Shown: positions 35,707-45,238 of the stretch, piece by piece
How the letters are laid out: the number at the start of each line of letters is the position of its first letter
Numbering within the stretch: the stretch's first letter is position 1
NCBI GenBank assembly: GCA_022749935.1
Contig: JAKIWQ010000004.1
Span: forward strand, 2,286 to 66,285
DNA length: 64,000 nt
From: Thermoplasmata archaeon
Lineage (GTDB): Archaea; Thermoplasmatota; Thermoplasmata; Lutacidiplasmatales; UBA184
Reading direction: 5' to 3'
The notes under the pieces: generated by a model
What the model was told of the DNA's origin: nothing
The model's input: the letters and a program-made list of their open reading frames with translations, nothing else
The model's database searches: none
Program-made: the position numbers and the translations under genes

Positions 35707-36906
35707 GTGAGTTCCCCCGACCGTCCCCGGCCCGGTTCCGAGGTACCCGCGGCGGTCACCCCGGCGCTCCTGGCCTGGTTCCGCGAACATCGGCGGCCCC
35801 TTCCCTGGCGTCGCGACCGGGACCCGTACCGCATCTGGGTCGCGGAAGTCCTGCTCCAGCAGACCCGGGTCGTGCAGGCCCTCCCGTACTACGAACGATT
35901 CCTTCTCCGCTTCCCGACGCTGGAGGCCCTGGCGAGTGCGGACCGTTCCGACGTCCTCAAAGCCTGGCAGGGCGCCGGGTACTACGCCCGCGCCCGAAAC
36001 CTCCACGCCGCGGCGAGGATCGTCCGAAGCTCGCCGGCGCGGACCCTTCCGACCACCGTCGCCGGACTCGAGTCCCTTCCGGGGGTGGGACCGTACATCG
36101 CCCGGGCCGTGGGGAGTCTCGCATTCGACCTGCCGGAGTTGGCCCTCGAAGCGAACGGTCTCCGTGTCGCCGCCCGGTGGACGGGGGAAACCGGCGACCT
36201 GCGATCGGCTCCGGTCCGTCAGCGCTTGGTCCGGACACTGGAGCTCCTCCTGCCCGCGCGGAGCGCCGGTGCGTTCAACGAGGCGCTCATGGAACTGGGA
36301 GAGGTCGTCTGTCGACCGTCCTCCCCCGATTGTCCGAACTGTCCCGTCCGGTTCGGCTGTCGGGCCGGTACCGAGCTTTCTGACCCGGGGTCGGTTCCCC
36401 GACCCCGCGCTCGTCGGCCGCGACCGCACGTCGGGGCCGCGGTGGTCGTCGTCGAACTCCGGGGCCGGTGGCTCGTTCAACAACGTCCAGCGGAAGGACT
36501 TCTCGGAGGATTGTGGGAATTCCCCGGTGGGAAGATCGATCGGGGGGAGTCACCGGCCCATGCGGCCCGACGGGAACTCCGGGAGGAGACCGGGGTCCGG
36601 GTTTCCGCGCTCGCACCGGTCGGCGTGGTCCGGCACGCCTACTCTCACTTCACCGTGACCTTGCACGTCTTCCGCGCTTCGGTGCGGACCTCTCCGGCCG
36701 GGAAGGGGCTCCGCTGGGAGACGCCGGACGGCCTGGCCCGCCTCCCCCTCCCGAAGGCGACGGAGAAGATCCTCCGGTTGTTGGAGGCCCGCTCGGGTAC
36801 AACTTCCCGGGGTTCAGGATCCCGTCGGGGTCGCACGCGTCCTTCACCGCGCGCAAGAGGCGAACGGCGGTCGTCCCGAGCTCGTGCCCCAAGAACTCCC
36901 GCTTGA
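35707..36906 (+). CDS. mutY: A/G-specific adenine DNA glycosylase MutY (HhH-GPD + [4Fe-4S] + NUDIX-like C-terminal domain)
   Basis: The segment LLQQTRV...LPGVGPYIARAV is HhH-GPD. Cys cluster C-x6-C-x2-C-x5-C. C-terminal Nudix-like GGLWEFPGGK. GTG start at 35707. The 3-prime tail overlaps the convergent gene. Confidence 0.75.
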   Translation: MSSPDRPRPGSEVPAAVTPALLAWFREHRRPLPWRRDRDPYRIWVAEVLLQQTRVVQALPYYERFLLRFPTLEALASADRSDVLKAWQGAGYYARARNLHAAARIVRSSPARTLPTTVAGLESLPGVGPYIARAVGSLAFDLPELALEANGLRVAARWTGETGDLRSAPVRQRLVRTLELLLPARSAGAFNEALMELGEVVCRPSSPDCPNCPVRFGCRAGTELSDPGSVPRPRARRPRPHVGAAVVVVELRGRWLVQQRPAEGLLGGLWEFPGGKIDRGESPAHAARRELREETGVRVSALAPVGVVRHAYSHFTVTLHVFRASVRTSPAGKGLRWETPDGLARLPLPKATEKILRLLEARSGTTSRGSGSRRGRTRPSPRARGERRSSRARAPRTPA

Positions 36907-38146
36907 CCCGTCCGACGCCGTGCTCGGCGCTGATGGTCCCGCCCAAACGGAGCACCGCGGCATACAGCGCCGCCCGAATCCGGTCGGCGGTCCGCGACGC
37001 GGGGTCGACCGCGTAGTTCGGGTGCAGGTTTCCCTCCCCGAGATGGCCGAACAGGTAGACCCGGACCTCTTCGTCGAGGGCGATCGTGCGAACCGCAGCG
37101 ACCAGCTCGTCCAATCGGTCGAAGGGGACCGCCACGTCGTCCCGGACATGCGGTCCCAAGCGTTCGTCCAGGACGCGACCGTTCTCCCCGCGAAGGCTCC
37201 AGAGGCGGTCGGCCTCTTCGATCACGGTCGGTTCGGTAAGGATCCCCGACGCCCGAAGGGCCGCCGAGACCCGTACGATGTGAACGGCCGACTCGGCCGT
37301 GTCCTCCCCCTCGACCTCGAGGAGGAGGAGCGGCGAGCCGGTCGCCCATCGCGCGCCGCGACCGACGACGAGTCCTTCGGCCGAGAACTCGTCGAGATAC
37401 TCGACGGCCGAAAGCCCCGTGCCCGGGGCCCGGGCGAGCGCCCTCGCCAGCCGGCCGAGGGACGCGTCGACCGGGAGAGGGAGGGCGAGGCCGGTGCGTC
37501 GGGCCGGTCGAGGCGCGAGGCGGAGCGTCACCTCGGTAGCGATCCCGAGCGTCCCCTCGCTGCCGATGAAGAGCTGAAGGAGGTCGGGTCCCATCGAGCG
37601 TTTTTCGACGCGGCGGCCCAACCGGACCTTTTCGCCGGTACCGAGTACCGCCTCGACCTCGCTGACCCAGTGTCGGGTCGGCCCGTATCGGAACGAGCGG
37701 GGTCCCGACGCGTTGGTCCCGAGGTTCCCGCCGATCGTGCAGGTCTCCCACGAGCCGGGGTTCGGAGGAAAGAACAGTCCCGCGGGCTCGAGGGCGGTGT
37801 GGAGTGCCCGGTTGACCACGCCGGGACCCACGCGGACCGAGCGATCGCCTGGGCCGACGTCCCCGATCCCCTTCCACCCCGAGAGGTCCACCACTACCGC
37901 CCCCCCGAGGGCCACCGATTCCCCGTCGAGCGACGTGCCGGCCCCGCGCGGTACGAGGGCCATTCGATGCTGCCGGGCCCAGCCCACTAGCTCCGCCACG
38001 TCCTCAGCATCGATCGGCCGGACCACGGCGCCCGGGGCGCCGTGGACATGGGAGGCGTCTCGGCCGAGGCGGTTCAACTCCGTTGGGCGGGTCGTGACCG
38101 TGCCCCGGACCGTCCGCTGGAGCGAGCTACGGAGCGCGGGGTCCAC
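36650..38146 (-). CDS. FAD-linked oxidase (GlcD/D-lactate dehydrogenase family)
   Basis: FAD-binding PCMH region ALVPRGAGTSLDGESV. The C-terminal DGILNPGK is typical of FAD-oxidase_C. Confidence 0.78.
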   Translation of the reverse strand: MDPALRSSLQRTVRGTVTTRPTELNRLGRDASHVHGAPGAVVRPIDAEDVAELVGWARQHRMALVPRGAGTSLDGESVALGGAVVVDLSGWKGIGDVGPGDRSVRVGPGVVNRALHTALEPAGLFFPPNPGSWETCTIGGNLGTNASGPRSFRYGPTRHWVSEVEAVLGTGEKVRLGRRVEKRSMGPDLLQLFIGSEGTLGIATEVTLRLAPRPARRTGLALPLPVDASLGRLARALARAPGTGLSAVEYLDEFSAEGLVVGRGARWATGSPLLLLEVEGEDTAESAVHIVRVSAALRASGILTEPTVIEEADRLWSLRGENGRVLDERLGPHVRDDVAVPFDRLDELVAAVRTIALDEEVRVYLFGHLGEGNLHPNYAVDPASRTADRIRAALYAAVLRLGGTISAEHGVGRVKREFLGHELGTTAVRLLRAVKDACDPDGILNPGKLYPSGPPTTGGSSPSPSGGGGGPGRPASPSGAPSRPERSAPKRGRRARSR

Positions 38147-38170
38147 AGGGAACGGAGACCGGCCGCGACC

Positions 38171-38662
38171 TTAGCGTGGACCGAGGTCGGCCCGTCCCGA
38201 CCCCGGACCCCCGGCGAGAAGTTCCTCGCCGCGCGCGACCGCCTCGACGGCGGAGACGAGGTCCCGGATCGCGAAGGGGCGGTTCAAGATCGCGCGCACG
38301 CCGAGCCGGCGGGCGCGCGCCAGCAGGTCCGGTGTCGTTTCCGGGACGATCAAGAGAGGGAGGAGACCCGCTTGCCGGGCCCGGGCGACGCCGAGCTCGT
38401 GCGGCCAAAGCTCCCCCTCCCCGTCGGCCACGAGGATGAGGACCCGGGGCGGGTCGGCCTCCTCGACGGATGCGAGCGACTCCGCGCTGCCCACCTCACC
38501 GGTCACCCGGTGGTGGTGCAGCCGGATCAACCCCCGCAGCAGGAGCCGGGTTTCCTCGGTTCCCCCTACAATGAGTGTGTGTACGATCGGTCGGTCGACT
38601 CCCGGCGCAGGACGGCCGGCAGGCACTTCGGCACGCGGCACATTTTCGTCGTTTCGGCGCAT
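38171..38662 (-). CDS. Receiver-like (pseudo-receiver) domain protein lacking the canonical acid pocket and Lys
   Basis: CheY-like alpha/beta pattern. It has LIVGG where DD is expected, LILVADGEG, LLIVPETT, and NRPF where KPF is expected. Confidence 0.45.
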   Translation of the reverse strand: MRRNDENVPRAEVPAGRPAPGVDRPIVHTLIVGGTEETRLLLRGLIRLHHHRVTGEVGSAESLASVEEADPPRVLILVADGEGELWPHELGVARARQAGLLPLLIVPETTPDLLARARRLGVRAILNRPFAIRDLVSAVEAVARGEELLAGGPGSGRADLGPR

Positions 38663-38811
38663 GGCGTGGCAGGCCCGGACCCGCCAACCGAACCAGCGGC
38701 CCCCCTAGGGTATAGTTCTGGTGGTACAGGCGCTAATTGCTCTCGAGGCGCACCGTCGGTCACCTCCCGGGGGCCCCGTCAACTATATAGTCTGACGAGA
38801 ACTTCCGTTCC

Positions 38812-39660
38812 TTGGCCTCGGGCATCGGCATTCCGGCCCCCGGGTGGCATCGTCCAGCAGACCCGGAGAACGGGACGCCGGTGCCTTCCCCGTGCTCATC
38901 GAGCGACAGGTTCTTTTATCGTCGGCCGGGAGCGCATCCGATGGCCGCTCTCTTTGGTCCTTCCACGACCGACCTCGAACATCTCCGAAGCACCGTGCGG
39001 GCGCTGGGCACCACGAGCGTGCCGGGACTCGCCGCGGCGCTCTCCTGGCGCGAGCGGAAGACCGAGAAGTTCCTGGCCCACGAGCTTTCCCGCCCAAATA
39101 CCCCGCTCGTCTACGACCCGTCCCGGCGAACGGTCCGGTGGGCGGTCGTGATGAAGGTCCCTCCACCGGCCGCAGCGCCGGGCCTCCCACCGACGTCACC
39201 CTCCACGCCGCGCGCTCCCAGCCCCGTGTTCACCCCGATGGGTCTGAAGACGCTCTGCCCGCGGTGTCACGTGGCGCTCCAGTCGACCGGCTCCGCGGGC
39301 CTGATCGTATGTCCTCAATGCGGGAGACTCTCGAGCGCCCGCAGCGGCGGGATCCTCTCGGGAACCTCCACGACCCCGACCCGACCCACGCCCACGACGC
39401 CGAGCGCTCCCACCGTCCCCCCACCGTGGTCGTCCCCTCCGGCCACCCCGCCGTCCAGCTCGGCGACCGCGTCGGTCGACCGCCGCTCCCAGGAACTGTT
39501 CGCGGCCTGGGTGACGAACCAGCCGATCCCCTGCCCCAAGTGCCGTACCCCGCTCCGCCACCGGGGCGTCAGCGAGTATGGCTGCCCTTCGTGCGGACAG
39601 CAGGTCCATTTCCCTGCCCCCCCGGAGAAGTCCTCCGGGGTCGCGATACCGGCCCGATGA
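38812..39660 (+). CDS. Hypothetical protein with N-terminal winged-helix-like region, Thr/Pro-rich linker and two zinc-ribbon motifs
   Basis: Ribbon motifs CPRCHVALQS...CPQCG and CPKCRTPLRH...CPSCGQ. A TATA caactatatag sits ~25 nt upstream of ATG 38812 (leaderless). An alternative ATG is at 38941. Confidence 0.42.
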   Translation: MASGIGIPAPGWHRPADPENGTPVPSPCSSSDRFFYRRPGAHPMAALFGPSTTDLEHLRSTVRALGTTSVPGLAAALSWRERKTEKFLAHELSRPNTPLVYDPSRRTVRWAVVMKVPPPAAAPGLPPTSPSTPRAPSPVFTPMGLKTLCPRCHVALQSTGSAGLIVCPQCGRLSSARSGGILSGTSTTPTRPTPTTPSAPTVPPPWSSPPATPPSSSATASVDRRSQELFAAWVTNQPIPCPKCRTPLRHRGVSEYGCPSCGQQVHFPAPPEKSSGVAIPAR

Positions 39661-39664
39661 GCTT

Positions 39665-41194
39665 CTAGAACGGGACCTGAGCCCGGACTTCCCGCACCAG
39701 CGCTCCCGAGGCGATCGCCTCGGTCACGCGCGCGATGTCGCCCGCGGGGCTCCGGTCGTGAGACCAGGGAGCGACGCGGGACCGGAGCGCCCGGAAGGCC
39801 GCCTCGCTCCCGGCGCCCCCGGTCTTGGGGTGGCGCAGCTCGAGCGCCTGCCCGGCGACGATCCACTCCACGGCCACGACCCGCCGCGTGTTCTCCAGGA
39901 TGCGTCGTAGCTTGGCTCCGGCCCAGGGACCCATGCTGACGAAGTCCTCCTGGTCGGCCGAGGTCGGGAGGCTGGAGGCACTCGCGGGGTGGACGAGGGT
40001 CACGTTCTCGTTTACGAGCGCGGCGGCGAGATACTGGGGGACCATGAACCCCGAGCTTACTCCCGGGTCGGGCGCGAGGAAGGCGGGCAGTCCCCGGTTG
40101 AGGGCGGGGTGGAGGAGCCGGGAGGTCCGCCGCTCGCTGAACGCGGCGACGTACTGGGTCGTGAGGGCGAGGGTGTCGAGCGCCAGCGCGAGCGGTTGTC
40201 CGTGGAAGTTTCCTCCGCTGACGAAGTCGTCCTTCTCGAAGACGACGGGATTGTCGGTGACGGCGTTGAGCTCCCGCCCGACGACCTCTTCGGCAAACCG
40301 GAGCCCGAGCAAGACCGACCCGAGGACCTGGGGAAGGCAGCGCAGCGTGTAGGCATCCTGCCCTGCCCAGGCCGTGCGAGGGGCGGAGAGGGCGGAGCCG
40401 GCGAGGAGCGCGCGCATCGAAGCGGCGATGGTGCGATGTTCGGGAAAATTGCGGATCTCACCAAGACGGTCGTCCAGCGATTCGGGATTCCCTTCGAGCG
40501 CGTCAAACGAGAGCGCCGCGGCGATCAGGCCCGCGTCCAACACCGAGCGGAGGTCCTGGACGGCGAGCGCGAGGTACGACGCCATGAGGGCCGTCCCGTT
40601 GAGGAGCGCGACCCCCTCCTTCTCGACCAGTTCGAGCGCGGGGATCTCGTCCCGCTCGAGGACCCCGCGGGCCGGCAGCGGGTCCCCACCCTCGGGTGGA
40701 ACGAACGCACCCTCTCCCATGAGCGTCAGCGCCAGATGTGCGAGCGGAGCGAGGTCGCCCGAAGCACCGACCGAACCCTGCTCCGGGATCCAGGGCTGGA
40801 GTCCATGGTTGAGCAGGTCGAGGAGCCGCTCGACAACCTCCACCCGGACCCCGGAGTGACCCCTGGCCAGCGAATTCGCCCGAAGCAGGACCAATCCGCG
40901 CACCACGTCGCTCGGGAGGGCCGGACCGGTCCCGCTCGCGTGGCTCCGGACGAGGGAGATTTGGAGCTCTCTCGCCTTCGCTGGCGAGATCGTCTTGTGA
41001 GAGAGCCCCCCGAATCCGGTCGTCACCCCGTAGATGGCCCGTTCGGCCGCTACCACGCGCTCGACAGCCTGCCGGCTCGACATCATCGCCTTCCGCGCCT
41101 CGGGCGCGAGGGCGACCTTGTGTCCCTCGCGGGCGATCGCGAGGAACTGCTCGAGGGTCAGCGAGCGGCCGTCCATCGGGATCGTCTCGGTCAT
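39665..41194 (-). CDS. hutH: Histidine ammonia-lyase
   Basis: MIO-forming GSVGASGDLAPL signature. 509 aa. Confidence 0.9.
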   Translation of the reverse strand: MTETIPMDGRSLTLEQFLAIAREGHKVALAPEARKAMMSSRQAVERVVAAERAIYGVTTGFGGLSHKTISPAKARELQISLVRSHASGTGPALPSDVVRGLVLLRANSLARGHSGVRVEVVERLLDLLNHGLQPWIPEQGSVGASGDLAPLAHLALTLMGEGAFVPPEGGDPLPARGVLERDEIPALELVEKEGVALLNGTALMASYLALAVQDLRSVLDAGLIAAALSFDALEGNPESLDDRLGEIRNFPEHRTIAASMRALLAGSALSAPRTAWAGQDAYTLRCLPQVLGSVLLGLRFAEEVVGRELNAVTDNPVVFEKDDFVSGGNFHGQPLALALDTLALTTQYVAAFSERRTSRLLHPALNRGLPAFLAPDPGVSSGFMVPQYLAAALVNENVTLVHPASASSLPTSADQEDFVSMGPWAGAKLRRILENTRRVVAVEWIVAGQALELRHPKTGGAGSEAAFRALRSRVAPWSHDRSPAGDIARVTEAIASGALVREVRAQVPF

Positions 41195-41246
41195 CGTGAA
41201 GGGGTCCTACGACCCATCCCGCCCGGTCGCAAGTCCCACGACGCGC

Positions 41247-41777
41247 TTACCCCGCGGGGACGACGAGCTCCCCACCGGGCTTCTGCAGGGAGGGCACCCG
41301 GCGGGTCTTCTGTCCTTTGGCTTGCCAGAAGATCTCCGCGAACTCCTGGACGAGCTTCTGGAGCTCCTGCGCGTCGGCCAGGTTCGTCCCCTGGCGCGCC
41401 TTGGACGCTTGCTTCATGATCTTCCAGGTGAGCTCGTGGATCTGGGGGAACTGCTTGGCGTGGTCGGGAGTGAAGAAATCGCCCCAGATGACACGGACCT
41501 CGGTCTTCAGTTTCTCCGCGTGCTGCTCCTTCACGGTGGTGTAGCGGGAGACCTTGGCGACGTACCCCGCACGGTCCTCCGGCTTGGCGTCCATCGGAGG
41601 GGACGCGAGCTCGGCGATCAACTGGTCCATCCGGACGATCGTCATCGCCGAGAGTTGCGCGTCGATCGGGTCATAAATACCACAGGGAATGTCGCAGTGC
41701 GCGTACACGGGCTCGGGCGGTCGAACGGCGTCCCAGAGACGGGTCACGCCCTCTCGGATAGGGGAAAATGCGGGCAT
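41247..41777 (-). CDS. sodN: Nickel-containing superoxide dismutase precursor (NiSOD)
   Basis: Ni-hook HCDIPCGIYDP follows a 26-aa leader. A four-helix body follows. A TATA-like ccttatgcc sits ~25 nt upstream of the ATG. Confidence 0.8.
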   Translation of the reverse strand: MPAFSPIREGVTRLWDAVRPPEPVYAHCDIPCGIYDPIDAQLSAMTIVRMDQLIAELASPPMDAKPEDRAGYVAKVSRYTTVKEQHAEKLKTEVRVIWGDFFTPDHAKQFPQIHELTWKIMKQASKARQGTNLADAQELQKLVQEFAEIFWQAKGQKTRRVPSLQKPGGELVVPAG

Positions 41778-41855
41778 GAGCGGCGCACTCTCGAGCGGGG
41801 CATAAGGTTGCCGGACGCCACGCGTCCCTCGGCGGCGGGTACCGGCTGGTGGTCG

Positions 41856-42242
41856 GTGCTCCGACGTCGGTTGAGGAGTCGCCGGTTCGTCGTCCGCGAT
41901 GATTCGATGGTGCCCACGCTACTCCCGGACGACCACCTCCTCGTCGACCCGGAGGCGTATCGTACGGCCGGACCCCAGCGGGGAGACCTCGTCGTCCTGC
42001 AGGACCCCGAAGTGGAGGCGCGCCGGTTGGTGAAGCGCGTCGACGGACTTCCCGGGGATTTCCGGGGGACCGCGGGCACGATTCCGACCGGGTCGGTGTA
42101 CGTACTCGGGATCGACCCGAGCCGGAGCCGGGACAGTCGGAGCTTTGGGCCGGTCCCGATAGGTCACATCGTCGGCCGGGCCTGGTTCCGGTACCGTCCG
42201 CCCGAACGGAGGGGTCCGCTACCTCCCGCCACCGTTAAGTGA
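41856..42242 (+). CDS. sodX: S26/S24-family signal-peptidase-like protease; putative NiSOD maturation peptidase (SodX-like)
   Basis: The pattern SMVPTLLPDDHLLVD...GDLVVL...VKRVDGLPGD is signal-peptidase-I-like. It is divergent from sodN. The start could be TTG 41808 or GTG 41856. Its stop overlaps the ATG of the next gene. Confidence 0.55.
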   Translation: MLRRRLRSRRFVVRDDSMVPTLLPDDHLLVDPEAYRTAGPQRGDLVVLQDPEVEARRLVKRVDGLPGDFRGTAGTIPTGSVYVLGIDPSRSRDSRSFGPVPIGHIVGRAWFRYRPPERRGPLPPATVK

Positions 42243-43345
42243 TGTGGCATTTGCCCACATCGATGCGTCCAGTCGTTCGTACCGCCGTCGGGGTCGTCGT
42301 CGTCGTGAGCGCGCTGGTCGGCGGGTTTCTTGGAGGTTGGTATCTTCACACCCCGGCCGCCTCCACGGCCGGCCCGACCTCCTCCACGTTGGGGATCATC
42401 GCGGCGGGAAGTCTCGCACCGATCCTCCCCTCGTTCGCGTCGGCCTTCGCCAACCAGACGTCCGGGGTCGACGCGTCCGCCGCGGCGCAGCTGTACGAGG
42501 GGTCGACGGCCGCGGCGACCGCGCTGAGTACGGAAACGCATTCCCCGTACGACCTCTTCATCTCGGCCGATTTCCGCGTGATCCCGCAGCACCTCGAGGC
42601 TCCGACCAGCACCGTGGCCACCTGGGAGGCCGTGTTCGCCTCCGACCCGGTCGTCCTGGCGTATGCCCCGGGCGTGTCCGCGCTGTCGGGGATCAACACG
42701 ACCAACTGGTTCCAGAAGGTCACCGCGTCCGGCGTGACCCTCGGGGTCGCCAACGCCAGCGCCGACCCGTTGGGAGCCAACGCCCTCTTCGTCCTCGAAC
42801 TCCAGGACGCCCTCGCCCACCAGAGCGGCGCCCTCTACGGCCACTTCTTCAACGGCGCGCTGGGGGCCCTCGCGACCCCCACGTCCTCGGCCAAATTCGT
42901 CGCCGAGAACGTCGCGCAATCGGCCCTGTCCACGGGAGAGGTGAGCGCCTACCTCATCTACCGGTCGTACGCCCAGGTCGACCACCTCACCTACGTCAGC
43001 CTGAGTTCGTCGGTGAATCTCGGAGCGACCGACCCGTCGAACGTCAGTCTCTACGGGACCGTCTCGACCACCATCCTGTCGGGCACGTCGACCAAGAGTG
43101 TGGCCGGCGCACCGGTACTCTTCGCGCTGACCGTCCCGACCAACGCGCCGAACGTCGCCCTCGGGGTCGCCTTCGCCGCCTACCTCCTGTCCAACGCCAC
43201 GTCGTCGATGTGGGCCGCGGACGGATTCCAGCCGATCTCACCGGCGTGGGTCGACGCACCCGCCCATGTGCCCGCCGCGCTCAGTGGGTTCGCCCCCGAC
43301 GGCCTTCCTCCACTTCCCGCCGACCTCGCGAGCCTCCTGGCCTGA
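42242..43345 (+). CDS. ABC transporter periplasmic-type substrate-binding protein, molybdate/tungstate (ModA/WtpA-like) family, membrane-anchored
   Basis: N-terminal anchor VVVVVSALVGG. The SBP_bac_11-like core is LFISADF...VLAYAPG. It is the first gene of an SBP-permease-ATPase-TOBE regulator set. Confidence 0.65.
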   Translation: MWHLPTSMRPVVRTAVGVVVVVSALVGGFLGGWYLHTPAASTAGPTSSTLGIIAAGSLAPILPSFASAFANQTSGVDASAAAQLYEGSTAAATALSTETHSPYDLFISADFRVIPQHLEAPTSTVATWEAVFASDPVVLAYAPGVSALSGINTTNWFQKVTASGVTLGVANASADPLGANALFVLELQDALAHQSGALYGHFFNGALGALATPTSSAKFVAENVAQSALSTGEVSAYLIYRSYAQVDHLTYVSLSSSVNLGATDPSNVSLYGTVSTTILSGTSTKSVAGAPVLFALTVPTNAPNVALGVAFAAYLLSNATSSMWAADGFQPISPAWVDAPAHVPAALSGFAPDGLPPLPADLASLLA

Positions 43346-43367
43346 GGCCGGACGGCCTCACCCCGTG

Positions 43368-44210
43368 ATGTTCGCTAGCCGCACCGCCACCATCGCCCGG
43401 GTGGTTGCGGGAATCCTTTCGGCCTCCTTGGTCGGCCTGTTCGTCCTCCCGCTCGTCGCCCTGGTGGCCTACACGGGGTGGGACGGGATCCTCTCCGCCG
43501 CGGGAAACGGCGGGTTCCGGACGGCGCTCGAGTTCACGTTGCTCGCGTCGGCCATCGCGGTCGGTCTAGGTCTCCTCACCGGGGTGCCCCTCGGGTACGT
43601 CCTCGCGCGATACCGGTTTCCCGGGCGCTCGATCGTGGAGTCGCTCGTCCTCGTACCGGTCGTGATCCCGCACCTCGTGGTAGGCATCGCCCTTCTCCTC
43701 CTCTTCGCCCCCGGAAATCCGGTCGGAGGCTGGGTCGCCTCGCTCGGCATACCGGTGTTTGACGGAACCTGGGGCGTGGTCCTGGTCATGATGTACGTCG
43801 GCTCGTCCTACGTGGTCCTGACCAGTCAGCTGGCGTTCCGCTCGGTGGACGACGACGTCCTCGAGTCCGCGCGCTCGCTCGGCGCGACTCCGTCCGAGGC
43901 GTTCCTCACCGTGACGCTCCCCTCGGCCGCCCGGGGCATCTTGACCGGGGCTCTGCTGATGTGGGCGCGGGGCGTCAGCGAGGTCGGCGGGTTCATCATC
44001 CTCGCCTACGCGATCTACCCGAGTCCCCCGTGGAACGGGCCCGTCACCAACCCCGCGTCCGTGTGGATCCTGAACTACTACTCGATCGACCCGAGTCTCG
44101 CGGTGGGGGCCGCGGCGCTCCTGGTCTTGGTCGCACTTGCCCTCTTCCTCGCGATCCGACTGGTCGACCGGACGGGGATCCTCACCGCCCTCCGGGGGTG
44201 GTGGTCGTGA
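43368..44210 (+). CDS. ABC transporter permease (ModB/WtpB-like)
   Basis: Six TM segments. The EAA-like loop is ESARSLGATPSEAFLTVTLP. Confidence 0.8.
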   Translation: MFASRTATIARVVAGILSASLVGLFVLPLVALVAYTGWDGILSAAGNGGFRTALEFTLLASAIAVGLGLLTGVPLGYVLARYRFPGRSIVESLVLVPVVIPHLVVGIALLLLFAPGNPVGGWVASLGIPVFDGTWGVVLVMMYVGSSYVVLTSQLAFRSVDDDVLESARSLGATPSEAFLTVTLPSAARGILTGALLMWARGVSEVGGFIILAYAIYPSPPWNGPVTNPASVWILNYYSIDPSLAVGAAALLVLVALALFLAIRLVDRTGILTALRGWWS

Positions 44211-45238
44211 GCGGTCTCGTCGTGGAGGGACTCGAGGTCGCACGGGGCGAGTTCCACCTGGGACCCATCCGTCTCGACGTCCCCCCGGCGTCGGCCACCG
44301 CGCTCCTCGGACGGTCGGGGGCGGGCAAGACCACGCTCCTGCGGACGCTCGCGGGGTTCCTGCCGGCCCAACGCGGGGAGGTTCGCCTCGGGGACCGATC
44401 GATCGGTCGCCTTCCCCCCGAGCGGCGGGGGTTCGGGTTCGTCCCTCCCAACCTCGGCCTCTTCCCACATCGCCGGGTCCGCGAGAACGTCGCCTATCCG
44501 TTGCGACTCCGCGGCGCTCCGGACGCGGCCGCGCAGACCCGGGTCTGGATCGACCGGTTCCATCTCGGGGGCCTCGCCGATCGGTATCCGGCCGAGCTCA
44601 GTTCGGGGCAGCAACAGCGGGTCGCGATGGCCCGGGCTCTGGCGGCCGGTCCCAGCGCCCTCCTCTGGGACGAACCCCTGGCCGCGCTGGACGTCGAGAG
44701 CCGCGACGTCCTCCTCCGACTGGTTCGAGACCTCCTCGTCGCGGAAGGGTTGTCGCTCCTCCTCGTCACCCACGACGCCGCCACCGCGCTCGCGCTCGCC
44801 GACCGGATCGTCGTCCTGGTCGAGGGCCGGATCCGGTTCGACGGCCCTCCCGAGCAGCTCGCGCGAGCCCCTCTCGATCGGTTCATCGCCCGGTTCCTCG
44901 GGTTCGAGAACCTCCTCTCGCTCGCCGAGATCGAGACCGGGTCCGCATCGGGGCTCGCCCCGGATCTCCGTCGGGCGGCCGGCCCAGGTGGCGTGGTGAT
45001 CCCGCCGACGGCGCTGACCTGGAGCCGTTCGGGAACGAACGAGGGGCCGGCGCAGGTGAATGCGCTTCGCTGGACCCCCGGCGGCTGGGTGGTGGTCGTC
45101 CAGGAGGGTCCGTGGACGTTCCGTGTCCCCGCCGGACCCCACCCACCCACCGTCCGGGTCGGGGACCCGGTGACGCTCTCGCTCGACCCGACGCTCTTGA
45201 AGCCGCTCTCCGACCTCACCGACGAGGAGGCCGCATGA
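44207..45238 (+). CDS. ABC transporter ATP-binding protein (ModC/WtpC-like)
   Basis: Walker A GRSGAGKTT, signature LSSGQQQRV and Walker B LLWDEP. The GTG start overlaps the permease stop (GTGA). Confidence 0.85.
   Translation: MSGLVVEGLEVARGEFHLGPIRLDVPPASATALLGRSGAGKTTLLRTLAGFLPAQRGEVRLGDRSIGRLPPERRGFGFVPPNLGLFPHRRVRENVAYPLRLRGAPDAAAQTRVWIDRFHLGGLADRYPAELSSGQQQRVAMARALAAGPSALLWDEPLAALDVESRDVLLRLVRDLLVAEGLSLLLVTHDAATALALADRIVVLVEGRIRFDGPPEQLARAPLDRFIARFLGFENLLSLAEIETGSASGLAPDLRRAAGPGGVVIPPTALTWSRSGTNEGPAQVNALRWTPGGWVVVVQEGPWTFRVPAGPHPPTVRVGDPVTLSLDPTLLKPLSDLTDEEAA

Noticed and set aside
42242-45238. Reading the ABC transporter next to sodX as a nickel importer
   Set aside because: The binding protein and the TOBE-domain regulator look like the molybdate/tungstate/sulfate class rather than NikA/CbiMNQO-type nickel systems. 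The linkage is kept as an open question, not a claim.
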